From Ruditapes philippinarum (Eukaryota), in contig NW_026867216.1 in NCBI RefSeq assembly GCF_026571515.1, positions 1 through 64,000 of the forward strand: 64,000 nucleotides of DNA, given 5' to 3'. The notes under the pieces are model-generated. The model worked only from the letters and a program-made list of their open reading frames with translations, searched no databases and was not told where the DNA came from. Below are positions 54,788 to 64,000 of this stretch, piece after piece. Both the position numbers and the translations under genes were made by a program. How positions within the stretch are numbered: position 1 is the stretch's first letter; the number at the start of each line of letters is the position of its first letter.

Positions 54788-57700
54788 ATAGAAGCGCAGT
54801 GTATGACAAAAAAGTATGCTAACACATTGTGCATCACTATAAATATGAACATGAAAGATCTTGCTCATAACTATATTATTGATTACATATTAAGACATTT
54901 GGTACTTACATATATACTCGTACATGACTTATTAAATGATGATAAAATTAGTTCATAATTGTACACTCCCTAGACACTAACTTTATGAAGAATACATTTT
55001 ACCACATGACTTCGCTGATTTTGCATGTAGTATATTCATTTTTCATTACAAATGTATGTATGTCTTGAAATTACACGCAAGTGATACAATATCAGCACAT
55101 AAAGCACTCGTAAAACGTCAACACAATTCTATTTTCATTTATTTTAATGCGTTAAGTCATGTGATAAAATGAATATCACATTCGTTGTCATAGAATATAA
55201 AAGAGTATAGAATTTTATTAAACTTGTTCAAGAAAATATTTACTCGCTTTATAAAAAGGTTCATATCGCAACTCGTATGCCTTTATACACCACATATGAT
55301 TATAGATTTGTGTTCAATCAACTGATAGAAAAATGCTTTTAACTCATTCAATATATATATATATGTGTAATATTTGCTCATATGAACGTTGACATATTGA
55401 AAGTAATTTGTTCCTATTGTACTTAAACAACTTGGTCATTCATTATTATAAGATTTGTAAAGATAAAGTGACTATTTTGTATAGCATTTACAGAAATGGT
55501 TTTGTATTTTTATTCATAATGATAATTAATCTCCATACATAGCTATATATCACTGAAGCCAGTTCAGCAAACTTGGCTATATCAAAGGCGCAACACAAGT
55601 CCTCTTTTTTTTTACCAAAAACAAAAAAGGCATAATAATTATTGTGATTCATTGTTATAACTGGAAACATTACTTGATATGTCTAGTAGCGTTAGAGACT
55701 CAAACATCATCTATTGAACTAAACGCTGAGGTCTATATTGACAGATTCGTCAATAATCCACTCAAAACTCTGGCGTGCGAGTAATTTGTATTGAACTAAT
55801 CACGGTGCTGTATTGTGCAATAAACACTCTTCATATGAATACTAGAAGACAATAGAAGATTTATATATTACTATTTTACTCATGCCAAATATATGGCAGC
55901 ATGTGATATCCGTAGATATTTCTTGTCATATTCATATTGCTCATTGTCAAGTTATATGCATTAAACAGTTAGAAAATTGTCATTTATTAAATTTAATTGT
56001 AAAACATTTTAAAAGACTTGTAAAAGGAAATACAATTTTGAACGCAACGAGTAAAACAAAAAGTATCATAGTGTCACCAAATTCGACCCATTCTTTGATA
56101 TTTTGAAAATAAGCATCTTCATAGTTTTAGTTATAACACTTTCCCATTACATGCTGAGTCATTTGTTTTGACAGTTTCTATGAATTGAAATTGGAATAAA
56201 ACAATTCTTAGCCTTTTGAAGTTCATAACATGCACCGTATCAATAAATCAATTTACCCCATCTCGGAAAGACATGAATATGACATTTGTTCTTAAGATTA
56301 TATTTGTCGATGTATTCGTGCCATACAAACATCTACGACACACAAAAACAAAACTAATCCTTTTCTGATAAAACTTTTGGGTTTTACATATAAAAAGACA
56401 ATTATTTTTAAGAACATACTCCTCATTAAAATGCGGCTGCTTTGTTATTATAAATGTACATGGTTATTTAATTTGTAAATACTCGGGAAATAATATTTTA
56501 AAACTTTGCTAACATTTATGTTTTGGCTTTAAAATTGTAACTTTTTACCTTCACGTGTCATTGAATTTATGATATGCCTAAGTCTGGAATCAATTTTTAA
56601 GCATTTAGTTGTTCGTTTAAATGATTGCAGTTTAAAAATGAATAGATTACGCTTCTAGCCGTGAAGAGCCTGCACATTGAAGTGTTGATTGGCCTAGCTA
56701 GCGCCACACTGATGCCAAAGCATTATCATTACTGTCACCGACGTTCAGAAAATTAACGTATTTGAGTCCTTATTGTTCTAATTGATTTCACTTGAAATTT
56801 TGACTATTTTTCTTCAAGATTCTACTTTAATGTGTAACCTTCGTGCAAACATAAGCTACCATTCTAAACGGCATAGATGGGATTGTTGAAGGAAAGTATA
56901 TCATTTAATGTGCTCATTGGAAGAAGTTTAATGAGCTGTGTAAAGAGAGAATGTATTCAAGCAGAGACTTACTAAAAAGTCAAGACCTTAAACATTTAAG
57001 AAATATATATCTATGTTGTACGAAATTCACGATTTCAACTTCGTGAAAATGAAGAGATAAATTCGTGTAGTTATAATCTTGAATTCATGTAGTTGAAATC
57101 GTGAATTCGTGAATTCTGTACATTAAAATCGTGAATTCAAGAAGTTAAGATTGTGAATTCGTGAAGAAGAACCCGAAAATTAAAGAAATTGAAATGTCAC
57201 TACCTGTCTTCGTATCGTAATTTTGAGTACCTTGTGTGGTGTTGAACGGTTTGTGTTTAGACGGTCATAAGCTATGAAAAATCAAATGGTAAATCCAAGA
57301 ACAATTAATGCTCATATAGAAAGAATCATTGAACATTTGTTAAGGTATCTAACAAAGTTTGAATTGGACAGCATAGCTGATGTTATATGAATTGTCAACT
57401 GACTTGACCAACGTTTAATAAGGATATAATTGAGATAGAGAAAATAAGAATCCCTAAAGAAAGTTCAAAACGGCATATTTGAAAATGTTGCAGGCCCTGT
57501 TCATAAAACCTCATTCTAAATGAAAAGTTAAGCAATGAATATATTATAAAATTCATCCTTTCTCGTTTATAACGTATGAATTAATGACAAAACTGTAATG
57601 TTATGGACTTGTGTCTTTGTAAGTAATTATAATAGAGTAAAATTGTTAAAAAATCTGTTGACACTAACATATCATAAAGATAAGACGAATAAGCTCATAA

Positions 57701-60700
57701 TCTTATAATGACGTAAACATAAAATTTAAATTTGAGGGAATAAGATGCAACTTTCAGAATTTATTGATTACACAGCATGTTTGTGTGTGAAGCGAAGTAA
57801 ATTGGAATATTGTCTATCATTGAAAGTATGTTTAATTGCTTACTAATTATAAATGTCTTAAGTGTAATGTATAACAAATATTTCTGCTCATGTTTTGTTT
57901 CAAGTATTAAATCGTATTGGCGTAAAATAATGAATCATGAAAATGATGTTGACCTCTTCGGTTGTTAGACATTTGTAACAATTTGTGTGTTTGTGTTTGT
58001 AACGGTAAATTCATAACTTGCATCGTGCAAATTGCTAACATAGCAATTGGAGGAAATGTAAAATTGAAAAGAATAGACTCCTAGGGGACTAGATATTTAC
58101 AAAAGATATATGTAGTTGAAACACGTATGATACCCGCTGGAGATGTGTACAGATTTTTACATACGTTCAAGACGAAATGCCAGCCGAAGAACGTGTAGTG
58201 TGTAGATTAAATTCCCATAAGCGAGATTCAATTGGACTGACTGTAAAGTGTAAGACATTTTCCGTAAATCTCAGTAAGTTATTGGCTAATAAATTCCCGT
58301 TCCTATGAATATTTAAAAACTGTTTATATATCCCAGAAGAAAGCTCGTGATTTGCATAATTGAAAAGTAACGCAAAAATATAAAGAATATGGATATTTAA
58401 TAAGACTATATCATGACTTACCTTCAATAAACAATTCAAAAAAATTCACCAAAACAGCCATAAAAAACTAAATAGTCTGTTGTGGAACTATTTGTTTTCC
58501 TTTTCCGTTTTGAAGATTTCGGGAAGAAAACGGGAGCAAGCGCAACAAGAAGTAAAAATAGGCTGAACATATTTACTTATGATAATTTTGTTTATTGCAC
58601 AATTTTAATGATATTCTGTTATATAATTTCCTTAGTGACCAAACTAAGATATTATCACCATTCAAGCATCAAACCTTCCTTTATAGTTGAAAATATGTGT
58701 TTCGTATGAATATATTGTAAACGTATTGTTTGTTTGCGCACATGGTATTACAAAATGTATATTTTGTTAATATATGTCTTAAAATAAAAGATATATGAGC
58801 CGCGCCACGACAAAACCAACATAGTGCATTTGCGACCAGCATGGATCCAGACCAGCCAGCGCGTCCGCGCAGTCTGATCAGGATCCATGCTGTTCGCTTA
58901 CAAACTCTATTACAAATAGAGAAACTGATAGCGCACAGCATGTTGGTTTTGTCGTGACGCGGCTCATATGTCCTGTTCCCCTTTGTTCTGTTATAATATA
59001 TTCGCTCATTTTCAGAATTCGCACAACTACTGCCAGAGTATTTATAATTGTATAATTGTGTTAAAACGAAAAATATCATACTTAAAATGGTTTTAAGGAA
59101 AATGTCAAAGTGCGTCTAGATTTCTCACAATTATTTAAAAAAAAACAGTTGAATCGATCACTATAATATTTAACAAAAAATAATAATAACAAAAAATAAA
59201 AAGGAATACAAATTAAACCGACTTAATGCAGCAGTTAATGAAGTTTTTGGATTTGAATTAACATATCTTATTTAGTCTCTTTGATATTGTGAGTAGTATA
59301 GTTCAAATGGATTTAAATCTTTCTTTGAGTTTTTCATTTTCTTCTTTTTTTGAAATATTTCCATGTAAATTCAGTTTTTTAGTTTCACATTCAAGGAATC
59401 TATGAGCAATACCAAAGGAATACTAATACGATTAATCTTTAGTTTATCTTCTAAAACCTAATTTCCCTATAGAATGAAACAAAACAGAAAGTCATTAAAA
59501 GTTCAACGGTAACTCTAATTGCCCCACTCGATTCTTTACGAGAAAGAAGCCTCTATTATACACAACGTGTAAAAATAGTCCCCAAGCCTTTGTACCTGAG
59601 GATGACAAAAACTCTGATCTGATTATACATTCCTTTACTACATTTACATGTAATTTCGTTCTTTTTTTCTGGGAGTAATTACACATAATATGATTATTGC
59701 TTATGTTGTAATTAAGGCAGGATATTTTTTGAAAATTGTAAAAGAAAACATTGGAACGAGAAACTGAAATGTTACAACCTTGCATGGTCAAATTAAGTGA
59801 ACATTTGTAATTTTGTTTTGTGTCACCATTTTGATGTTACCATGATGGGTTGCTCGAAATTTGATAATATTGAATGAAGTTCTGTTTTTATGTGACTTTT
59901 AAATAACGGTAGAAATAAATTGCCCTCAAATATATGCATTTTTGAAAAAATAATCGGCATTTGCCATTTACTGTGTTCTTGAACGTTGAACTTTTTAACA
60001 TTGAAATTTAATAAAAACTTCAACACGTATTATATCTGTATTCGTCCTTCTTTTTTCTTTCTTGCATGCTAAAATGTTAAATGTTGCGTTATAAAAAGAG
60101 CCACCCAACAAGCAATGCCAACTTAACTTACGCAAAAGGGGTATACCAGAAATTGAAACTGAACTTAGTTAAAGCTAGCTGTTTTATACATATTCGAGTT
60201 GGTCTTTTTAAATTCGATGTTCAGTGCTTTTTTAAAGTATATGATTTGACGAGAAACAAAATGATAGAAATATTTATACTATTGTTGCATCCATATCACA
60301 CAATAATAAATTAAGTACAATGTTTATAAAAAAACAAAACAATTCTGTTTACGTTGAACGAATTGTGTTAATCAAAGAAGATAAGAAATATGAAAATCCT
60401 AATCTAGAATCAATTTAGGATAAACTACTTCATCAAACACGAAATGGAAATATTCCAGATAATTTTGGGAATGATAGTTTTTTTGTTATTTGCAAATAAT
60501 CAATTCAATTTGACAATTGTGTGAAAACATGTTCAAGTACATAAGTTTGCCTTTAGAAATCAAACATGCCATGAATTAACATTTAGAGGATACGTTTATT
60601 ATTATTTTGTTAATTAATTATTTTCTAATAAATGTACCAAGAAAGCCTCTATCTTTTGTTATTCTTTAAAAAAAATATAATTTACTTTTATATGTCCACA

Positions 60701-60865
60701 TTTGAACAAATTATGAATATGTCAAGTTAAGCTTTACAGTGATAATTTCATTTTCTCGGCAACTTGCCGTTCACAAAACTATTTTTAGAAGATCGTTTAA
60801 ATAAATGACTTACCTGAAATAAATCCTGCAAATTGCAGAAGTTGAAGAATTCTTGAAGAAGGCAT
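12042..60865 (-). CDS. Whole gene model: 17 coding exons, 723-aa secreted or surface Cys-rich protein (duplicated bipartite module, central ShKT domain, hydrophobic tail)
   Basis: Join on minus: 60814-60865, 33381-33714, 28150-28185, 27397-27461, 27104-27178, 26812-26891, 25843-25963, 21682-21773, 21355-21481, 20711-20827, 16504-16711, 15954-16018, 15575-15682, 14203-14379, 13723-13811, 12906-13047, 12042-12325. Total 2172 nt, all GT-AG, phases compatible, no internal stop. Confidence 0.85.
12906..13047 (-). CDS. Exon 16
   Basis: ttttag|GTA...GACG|gtaag, phase 0 to 1; VLTSFLCSHWKWNYRALVKLDSPQCFTLADSTCALDSTPAVLLYLQD. Confidence 0.85.
13723..13811 (-). CDS. Exon 15
   Basis: atttcag|AG...TGG|gtatct, phase 1 to 0; ELQCLGFLKDHPLEQYLITRSMISGNYNCW. 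Confidence 0.85.
14203..14379 (-). CDS. Exon 14
   Basis: tttacag|TG...ATGG|gtaaac, phase 1 to 1; DGHLRDEYCGFSHTIPFNGTVYGEACTGTISDWDSDGCVTRGVLNLRSHTCRNLAAPM. Confidence 0.88.
14920..15460. repeat. Intronic minisatellite, ~17-20-bp unit with a GTACCAGA core
   Basis: More than 20 degenerate copies of (G/T)GTACCAGACCAGA(T/C)GT; source of the spurious ORFs at 14885-15547. Confidence 0.9.
15575..15682 (-). CDS. Exon 13
   Basis: ttttccag|GA...ATAT|gtacgt, phase 1 to 1; GKSYRTDIGFDSLCHFEDHKSPVHDPYRSSNMKNLI, parallel to exon 5. Confidence 0.78.
15954..16018 (-). CDS. Exon 12
   Basis: ttttcag|T...GTTG|gtaaga, 65 nt, phase 2 to 1; SMRYTCFELDRRNNNILQFRV. Confidence 0.88.
16396..16470. repeat. (GAT)n microsatellite, intronic
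   Basis: Interrupted GAT run lying beyond the exon 11 donor at 16503. Confidence 0.95.
16504..16711 (-). CDS. Exon 11, start of the second module
   Basis: gtttcag|CT...GGCTG|gttagt, phase 1 to 2; ENSDTFDMLCPFASRVQGTWLFYDTVHKEEVKINDTAIRFSQFGTFICKEKSVFSDRLYKTVTVFNNG(C). Confidence 0.9.
17553..17904. mobile_element. Non-autonomous interspersed repeat with a long terminal hairpin
   Basis: Hairpin 17770-17885 centred on GCTCGCCAGAGGCTCGC. A diverged copy lies at 49972-50298 and a weaker one at ~55160-55270. Confidence 0.8.
17950..18097. mobile_element. ~150-bp palindromic repeat end (MITE-like)
   Basis: TGTTTAGTTTAGTGTAAGATCG...CGATCTTACACTGAACTAAACA centred on CACTCGTGGCTGCGCCACTCGTG. Confidence 0.8.
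18177..20609. mobile_element. 2.4-kb foldback DNA transposon with tandem-repeat arms and an 8-bp TSD
   Basis: Ends AGGGAAAGCCATGGCTGTCTG and CAGACAGCCATGGCTTTCCAT. Arms ~18177-19280 and ~19745-20609 are reverse complements. TSD ATAATTCT at 18169-18176 and 20610-20617. Confidence 0.93.
20711..20827 (-). CDS. Exon 10, ShKT (ShK toxin-like) domain
   Basis: actttag|CA...TGTA|gtaagt, phase 1 to 1; APDKCVDDNTERCHMVEKKGQCKKEEKYAVHCQRSCKKC has six Cys with C-x-D start and C-x3-C-x2-C end. Confidence 0.9.
21355..21481 (-). CDS. Exon 9
   Basis: ctttcag|CGT...ATAG|gtttat, phase 0 to 1; RFPREITQSFQVMVYFSVICPLQEDGMPPTGIEYHELEMNTI. Confidence 0.85.
21682..21773 (-). CDS. Exon 8
   Basis: atttcag|TG...CTC|gtaagt, phase 1 to 0; VSRFYCWAGWQELYYTFLVVGDANGEPQFCL. 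Confidence 0.9.
24464..25695 (+). mobile_element. Full-length decayed mariner (Tc1/mariner) transposon
   Basis: TIRs CGAGGTATGATCAAAAAGTTC and GAACTGTTTGATCAATCCTCG flanked by TA (24462-24463, 25696-25697). Transposase remnants MEKVEIRAV (~24619), IVTQDETCVYHFDPESKEQSMQW and PYSPDLAPSDFYLF with stops and frameshifts. Confidence 0.95.
25843..25963 (-). CDS. Exon 7
   Basis: tgtacag|GAT...GAAG|gtatta, phase 0 to 1; DFCEEEWRKSRLEIDCAKGDGLNFIAPKGSQCNPFSSKSE. Confidence 0.9.
26812..26891 (-). CDS. Exon 6
   Basis: cgtacag|CT...GAG|gtaaaa, phase 1 to 0; APWRRQVITCPINGGFSFRTLNKLTNE. Confidence 0.9.
27104..27178 (-). CDS. Exon 5
   Basis: atttcag|GC...ATCG|gtaaat, phase 1 to 1; GKKSKFNDKNLCDERQLQLKEWPWI. 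Confidence 0.9.
27397..27461 (-). CDS. Exon 4
   Basis: attgcag|A...GAAG|gtattt, 65 nt, phase 2 to 1; GPYFLCVKFIQRSTNVVQIME. Confidence 0.9.
27530..27890 (+). repeat. Local ~170-bp direct duplication resembling LINE 3' ends
   Basis: GTATGGGA...CATTTGCTT(T/C)ATGTTATATACTTTTCATTTGTATA...GCAATAAA occurs at ~27557 and ~27727. Confidence 0.75.
28150..28185 (-). CDS. Exon 3, 36-nt symmetric exon, possibly optional
   Basis: ttgacag|T...TCAA|gtaagc, phase 2 to 2; SVNIRNPKRLI(K). The gene also stays in frame without it. Confidence 0.6.
29408..29475 (-). mobile_element. Degenerate tRNA-related sequence inside the 4.1-kb element
   Basis: Minus strand GTTGCACAGCCGGTTAAG...AGTTCGATTCCTACTGTTGCC has A/B-box-like spacing. 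Confidence 0.4.
30375..31696 (+). mobile_element. Composite element: tRNA-like head plus ~1.2-kb purine-rich VNTR
   Basis: A box TGGTGCAGTGG (30384-30394), B box GTTCGATCC (30429-30437), TAC loop, body of CCGATAACAGAA/GACAACAAGA repeats, flanked by TA(T/C)TCAGAG at 30366-30374 and 31697-31705. Confidence 0.75.
32004..32582. mobile_element. ~580-bp MITE, PIF/Harbinger-like, nested in the 4.1-kb element
   Basis: CCCAGTTACACAGA and TCTGTGTAACTGGG inverted ends, TGA on both flanks, interior rich in ACCGAT/ATCGGT. Confidence 0.75.
33381..33714 (-). CDS. Exon 2, start of the first module
   Basis: atttcag|TA...GAAGG|gtaagc, phase 1 to 2; VATTECTFPEYIQSPIDESGSPMPWTTQV...NRTCLTEERFDHFKVIEYGSE(G). 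Confidence 0.92.
33901..34241. mobile_element. TTAA-flanked ~340-bp MITE, Kolobok-like; diverged copies at ~36607-36939 and ~38922-39290
   Basis: TTAA-AGTGACATT...AATGTCACC-TTAA. All three copies share TTGACA(A/G)TGAA..GAGCA.A.TGTCAC at the right end. Confidence 0.65.
34671..36497 (-). mobile_element. 5'-truncated, frameshifted LINE (RT domain to 3' tail)
   Basis: QFGFR, AFIDYQRAFDTV, GLKQGEPLSPLLFILFIND, FTYLG and PILLYGSEIWG motifs. Tail AATAAAT(TTGAAAC)3. 12-bp TSD CATAAAAACAGT at 34659-34670 and 36498-36509. Confidence 0.95.
41183..41388. mobile_element. Decayed TTAACCC-type MITE; related remnants at ~16191-16270, ~38695-38885, ~50425-50800 and ~56540-56760
   Basis: TTAACCCTT start, GACTGCA/GCAC/CTG core, ending in TTAA. 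Copies are highly diverged and were matched by eye. Confidence 0.45.
42370..42830 (-). mobile_element. Old RTE-clade LINE 3' fragment
   Basis: Across frameshifts the minus strand gives KFW/ANTIS..LLHITG, RWFGHILR and GKPNETWRK, matching the RTE C-terminal FWPxxISN..RWxGHILR..GRPxxTW pattern. Confidence 0.65.
43566..45004. mobile_element. 1.44-kb non-autonomous DNA transposon with ~480-bp TIRs, CAC termini and a 5-bp TSD
   Basis: CACGCCCGTTTAACTCACAACGAG and CTCGTTGTGAGTTAAACGGGCGTG. Arms 43566-~44045 and ~44526-45004 are near-identical. TCCAT at 43561-43565 and 45005-45009. Confidence 0.93.
49661..49897. mobile_element. 237-bp palindromic MITE
   Basis: TGAGCCGCGTCACGACAAAACCAACATAGTGCG...CGCACTATGTTGGTTTTGTCATGACGCGGCTCA with ~100-bp arms. 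Confidence 0.93.
49972..50298. mobile_element. Second copy of the hairpin-ended repeat at 17553-17904
   Basis: Colinear TTTTGCGACTCCGTAA...ACGGCCGTGCATAT...TGTGATAAATAGAAT...AGAGGCTCGCAT...AATATCCTC. Confidence 0.8.
50487..50679 (+). mobile_element. tRNA-derived SINE, probably V-domain (RUDI-like)
   Basis: A box TGGTCTAGTGG, B box GGTTCAAGCC, core GACACCAGTACTGGTTGGTTCCAGGAAGC, tail AAATAAATATGTTTAAAC, AAAAG on both flanks. Family name is from recall. Confidence 0.8.
54709..54788. repeat. Compound (ATC)n and (ATT)n microsatellite
   Basis: Read directly from the sequence. Confidence 0.95.
57019..57214. repeat. ~21-bp (CGTGAATTC) repeat element; inverted related fragment at ~37554-37616
   Basis: Repeated GTGAATTC(G/A)TG..GTT. 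The end AATGTCACTACCTGTCTTCGTA approximates the reverse complement of TACGAAAGACCGGTAGGGCCATT at 37555. Confidence 0.6.
58796..58966. mobile_element. Second copy of the palindromic MITE with a 66-bp deletion in the right arm
   Basis: Same termini as 49661-49897; 171 bp versus 237 bp. Confidence 0.9.
60814..60865 (-). CDS. Exon 1, best candidate: signal peptide
   Basis: ATG...TCAG|gtaagt, phase 1. Joined to exon 2 it reads MPSSRILQLLQFAGFISVATT-ECTFPEY, implying a 27.1-kb first intron. Confidence 0.72.
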
Positions 60866-61065
60866 AATCGACTATATTTGAGTGCTTGAAAAAGTCACAG
60901 GTACATATTAATAACACAATCAAAAGACGTACTTGTTAAGTCCTTTTACAGCGATGCAACAAATGTTACAATTGTTTGAATATTCTTTCCAAAATTGACA
61001 GTCTCATGTCTTTTTAAGTTCCGACATTCTTGTAATAAAAGCCAAAGAAATGACAGATTTATTAC

Positions 61066-61095
61066 GAGTGAAGATTCTCTAGCTCTTCGTTTATA
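61066..61095 (-). promoter_or_regulatory. Possible TATA box and Inr upstream of exon 1
   Basis: Minus-strand TATAAA at 61095-61090 and TCACTC at 61071-61066. Spacing is slightly short and the background is AT-rich. Confidence 0.25.
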
Positions 61096-64000
61096 CTTTT
61101 TTTGCTATGAATTTAAATTGACAGTGGTCCCATTTCGATAAACTTCTAAGAAATAGTTTCTTAGAATTATGCATACGTAATTTTACATTTCATCTAAGGA
61201 AATGACACGAGCATTATATAATTTTATTATGCACAAGCACATCATCTTAATTCGTCTTTCTCTTTATGTGTTGGTGTTACAATGTCTGTATCAAAATATT
61301 TAAAATCATTTCTGAAGAATAACTATTTTGAGAAACTTATTTAATAGCTTTATAAAAAAAGCAAAAATGATTAACCTCTTTATTCCCTTTTCCGTTAAAT
61401 CGAGAAATAAAAATCTTCAGTAAGAAAAAAGAAACAGACTGATCAAATCCTGTCAGTGTATGCCCTTTACACTTTAATTAAGAAGTTACATCACAATTAT
61501 ACAATGATAACATTATTAGTATCCTGGAAAAATTTCGAATCTGTCTTTTTATTACGAAAATAAATATATCTAAGGCAAAGTAATCTGTTTTAACAAAACA
61601 CAATTTCATAAATTTATGTTTCTGCAGCCGTTAATTCTCAATTTGTCTCCTCGTGGGGTTTTACTCTACACTCCTATTTCTTCCATGACTTCTTAATTTT
61701 GTTAATGCCAATGGTTTGCCTTGCTCTTCTCCACCTTTGAATATATTGTCACCTTTTTTAAAAAGTTTCATGCAACTTTGACAGAATATTCCCGTCACAA
61801 ATATTGACAAGCGAATGAACTTGCCGATACAGTATATCAACAACAAAATGTTGCGCGGAATATCGCCGACAACAAATGATAACGATAGCAGATATAAATA
61901 CCTAATCAAAGAAAAGGAAACAAAGAGAAAAAAGTCCGATAGAGGAATAAACAGCTTTGCCAATAGCAGCAATAGTGCTTAACGAATTTAGAAACTATAG
62001 ATATATTTTAAGAATGCCTTTATAAATTACTTGTTCATCTACCCGATAACTTTTCAGTAGGCATTAACCTACGAGACGAGCAATATTTCATGTTAAGTCT
62101 TTTAAGATATACGTTTTCGTAGTGGACAATACAGTTAATCAAGAAAAATATCTGATATCTAAGAAACAATGTGACTCTTTGATTAAATGCATGATATTCC
62201 GTTTGATGGTTAAGTACAGGTCAAGATGATGCATGAACATAAGCAGTCGTAAAACGTCTTATTATCACAGTTTTTAGTAAAGGAAATAACATGAATATGT
62301 GGATTTTTTTTTATCTTTTCTTGTTTCACTGAAAGAGATATTCCATCATTAAAAGGGGGAAATTACACCTCGCCTGGGATATGGAGCAGTGAACAGCAAA
62401 ATGGAATTAACTGTATTTTGTTTTAAAGCGTATAATTAAAATAATTTGCGTCGTAAAACGAAATACCCCTAAATGCTAATATAATGATCTTTCAACAATC
62501 AATTTTGTGTTTTCAGGTAGCGATTTTAACAATACCAGTACTTAGACAGTGGTCCGAGCTACTTCTTAGTGCGTACTAGTGACCTGACTGTTAAATATAA
62601 GACTTTTTCTTAAATATCAGTAAGTTATTGGTTAAATAAATTTCGGTTATGTAAATATTAAAAACTATTCATATATTTCAGTTGAGATTTCATGATGTCC
62701 ATCGAATAAAAGCACAAATAAACAATAATATGGATATCTTTATTTTAAGATTAAATCATGACATACATTCAATAAATAATTAAAGAAATCCGGGAATATC
62801 TGTCAAAACTTAACCGTTTATTGCAAAATTTGGATTATTTCTGTTCTGGGAAGCGTTCGCAATATGAAGTAAATATATAATCCATTCGAATAAAACCTGA
62901 AATAACTTCAAAACAACAATTTTATTTAAGCAAAACATGAAAAAACACAAAAATGAAATAAAAGCAAACAAAATGATACTTTAAAAGAAAAACTAATTAA
63001 GTCTACTAAATGAGTCTTTAATTAAGTTTATGAAATCTCTCCAATACATCTTGTGTTGTTTCTTTGATATGGTGACTGTGATATTTTAAATGGATTAAAG
63101 TCTTTATTGGCCTTTGTTCTCCTTTTTCAAATATTTCATGGTTAATTTTTTAAGTTTTATTTTAACATATGAACAATACTAAAAAACCGTTTTGCAATCT
63201 TTAATTTAACTTCGTAAATATAAAATTTAAATTAAAAGATTTAAACACTTAAAAGGAAGTTGTTTGAAGTTCAACCATAACTTAAATTGCTCTTACTCTT
63301 CGCAGTAAAAGAAAACCTGTTAGAAGCGTGTTTAAAATGTATTTGAAATAGAGAAAAACGGAATTTCTGAAGAACGCCCAAAACGACAAAATTGAACATA
63401 TTACAGCCTCGGTTTGATTAACCTGTACTGGAAAGTGCAAGTTCCAATCCGCACCCCTAACACCTTCAATTTGACACTAGTAAAAAAAGTGTATAACCCT
63501 TACTTACGTTAAGATGCTAATAAATCTATTATACATTGACATGTACTTTCGTTTTTTTTAAACTCCAATTAATTTATATAACAGAGATTCCTTGTTAATT
63601 ATATAATTAACTTATTTATTTATTTCATCACGTAGAATTTTCCGAATGATGCTTAGTAGACACAGCAGTCATACAATTTGCTACAATGTGCTAGTACATG
63701 TATGCAATAATAACATGTTATGGTATTAAAGAAATTATACTACTGTGCATTGTATTTTTTACAGAAATAGTACATTTGTATGTTAATATACACTTCGGAT
63801 GAATTATGGCAGATAATAATCATTATTTTAAAATATTTAACATGTACAGAACTACTGATTTTTTTATACATTGATACATGTGTGCATTTTATGTTAATTT
63901 GTTGCTTATTTGTAACTACATGCAAGTTGTCCTTATGGGTGTAAGACCTTCTTCAATTTACCTGAATAAAATCTATATAATATGCATAATAAGTATTGCC

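Noticed and set aside
54668-54958. Poly-Asn and poly-Ile ORFs
   Set aside because: Microsatellite artefacts.
59220-59800. Decayed coding sequence in the block duplicated at 59.3 and 63.1 kb
   Set aside because: The frames I translated contain stops and the two copies show no recognisable conserved protein motif.

Overview
AT-rich, intron-rich eukaryotic DNA. The repeat families suggest a bivalve mollusc, probably a venerid-type clam (inference). Almost all ORFs in the supplied track are spurious; the real genes are spliced. Two convergent genes can be rebuilt by hand. (1) The last two exons of a + strand C-type lectin-domain gene (2495-2600, 7159-7367) that lacks the canonical sugar/Ca2+ motifs. 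(2) A - strand gene of 17 coding exons spanning about 49 kb (60865 to 12042, 2172 nt, 723 aa) with every GT-AG junction phase-compatible. It encodes a signal peptide, two copies of a Cys-rich bipartite module separated by an ShKT domain, and a hydrophobic C-terminal tail. The introns hold two 5'-truncated LINEs with clean TSDs, further LINE fragments, tRNA-derived SINEs, a decayed mariner, three large inverted-repeat elements, MITEs and satellites. The most notable observations are three paralogous in-phase exon-1 cassettes at 58-64 kb, a foldback element that may split an in-frame cassette exon while supplying a rescuing acceptor, a tRNA-head plus VNTR composite element, and a CAC-ended element with a 5-bp TSD. 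No prokaryotic features are present.
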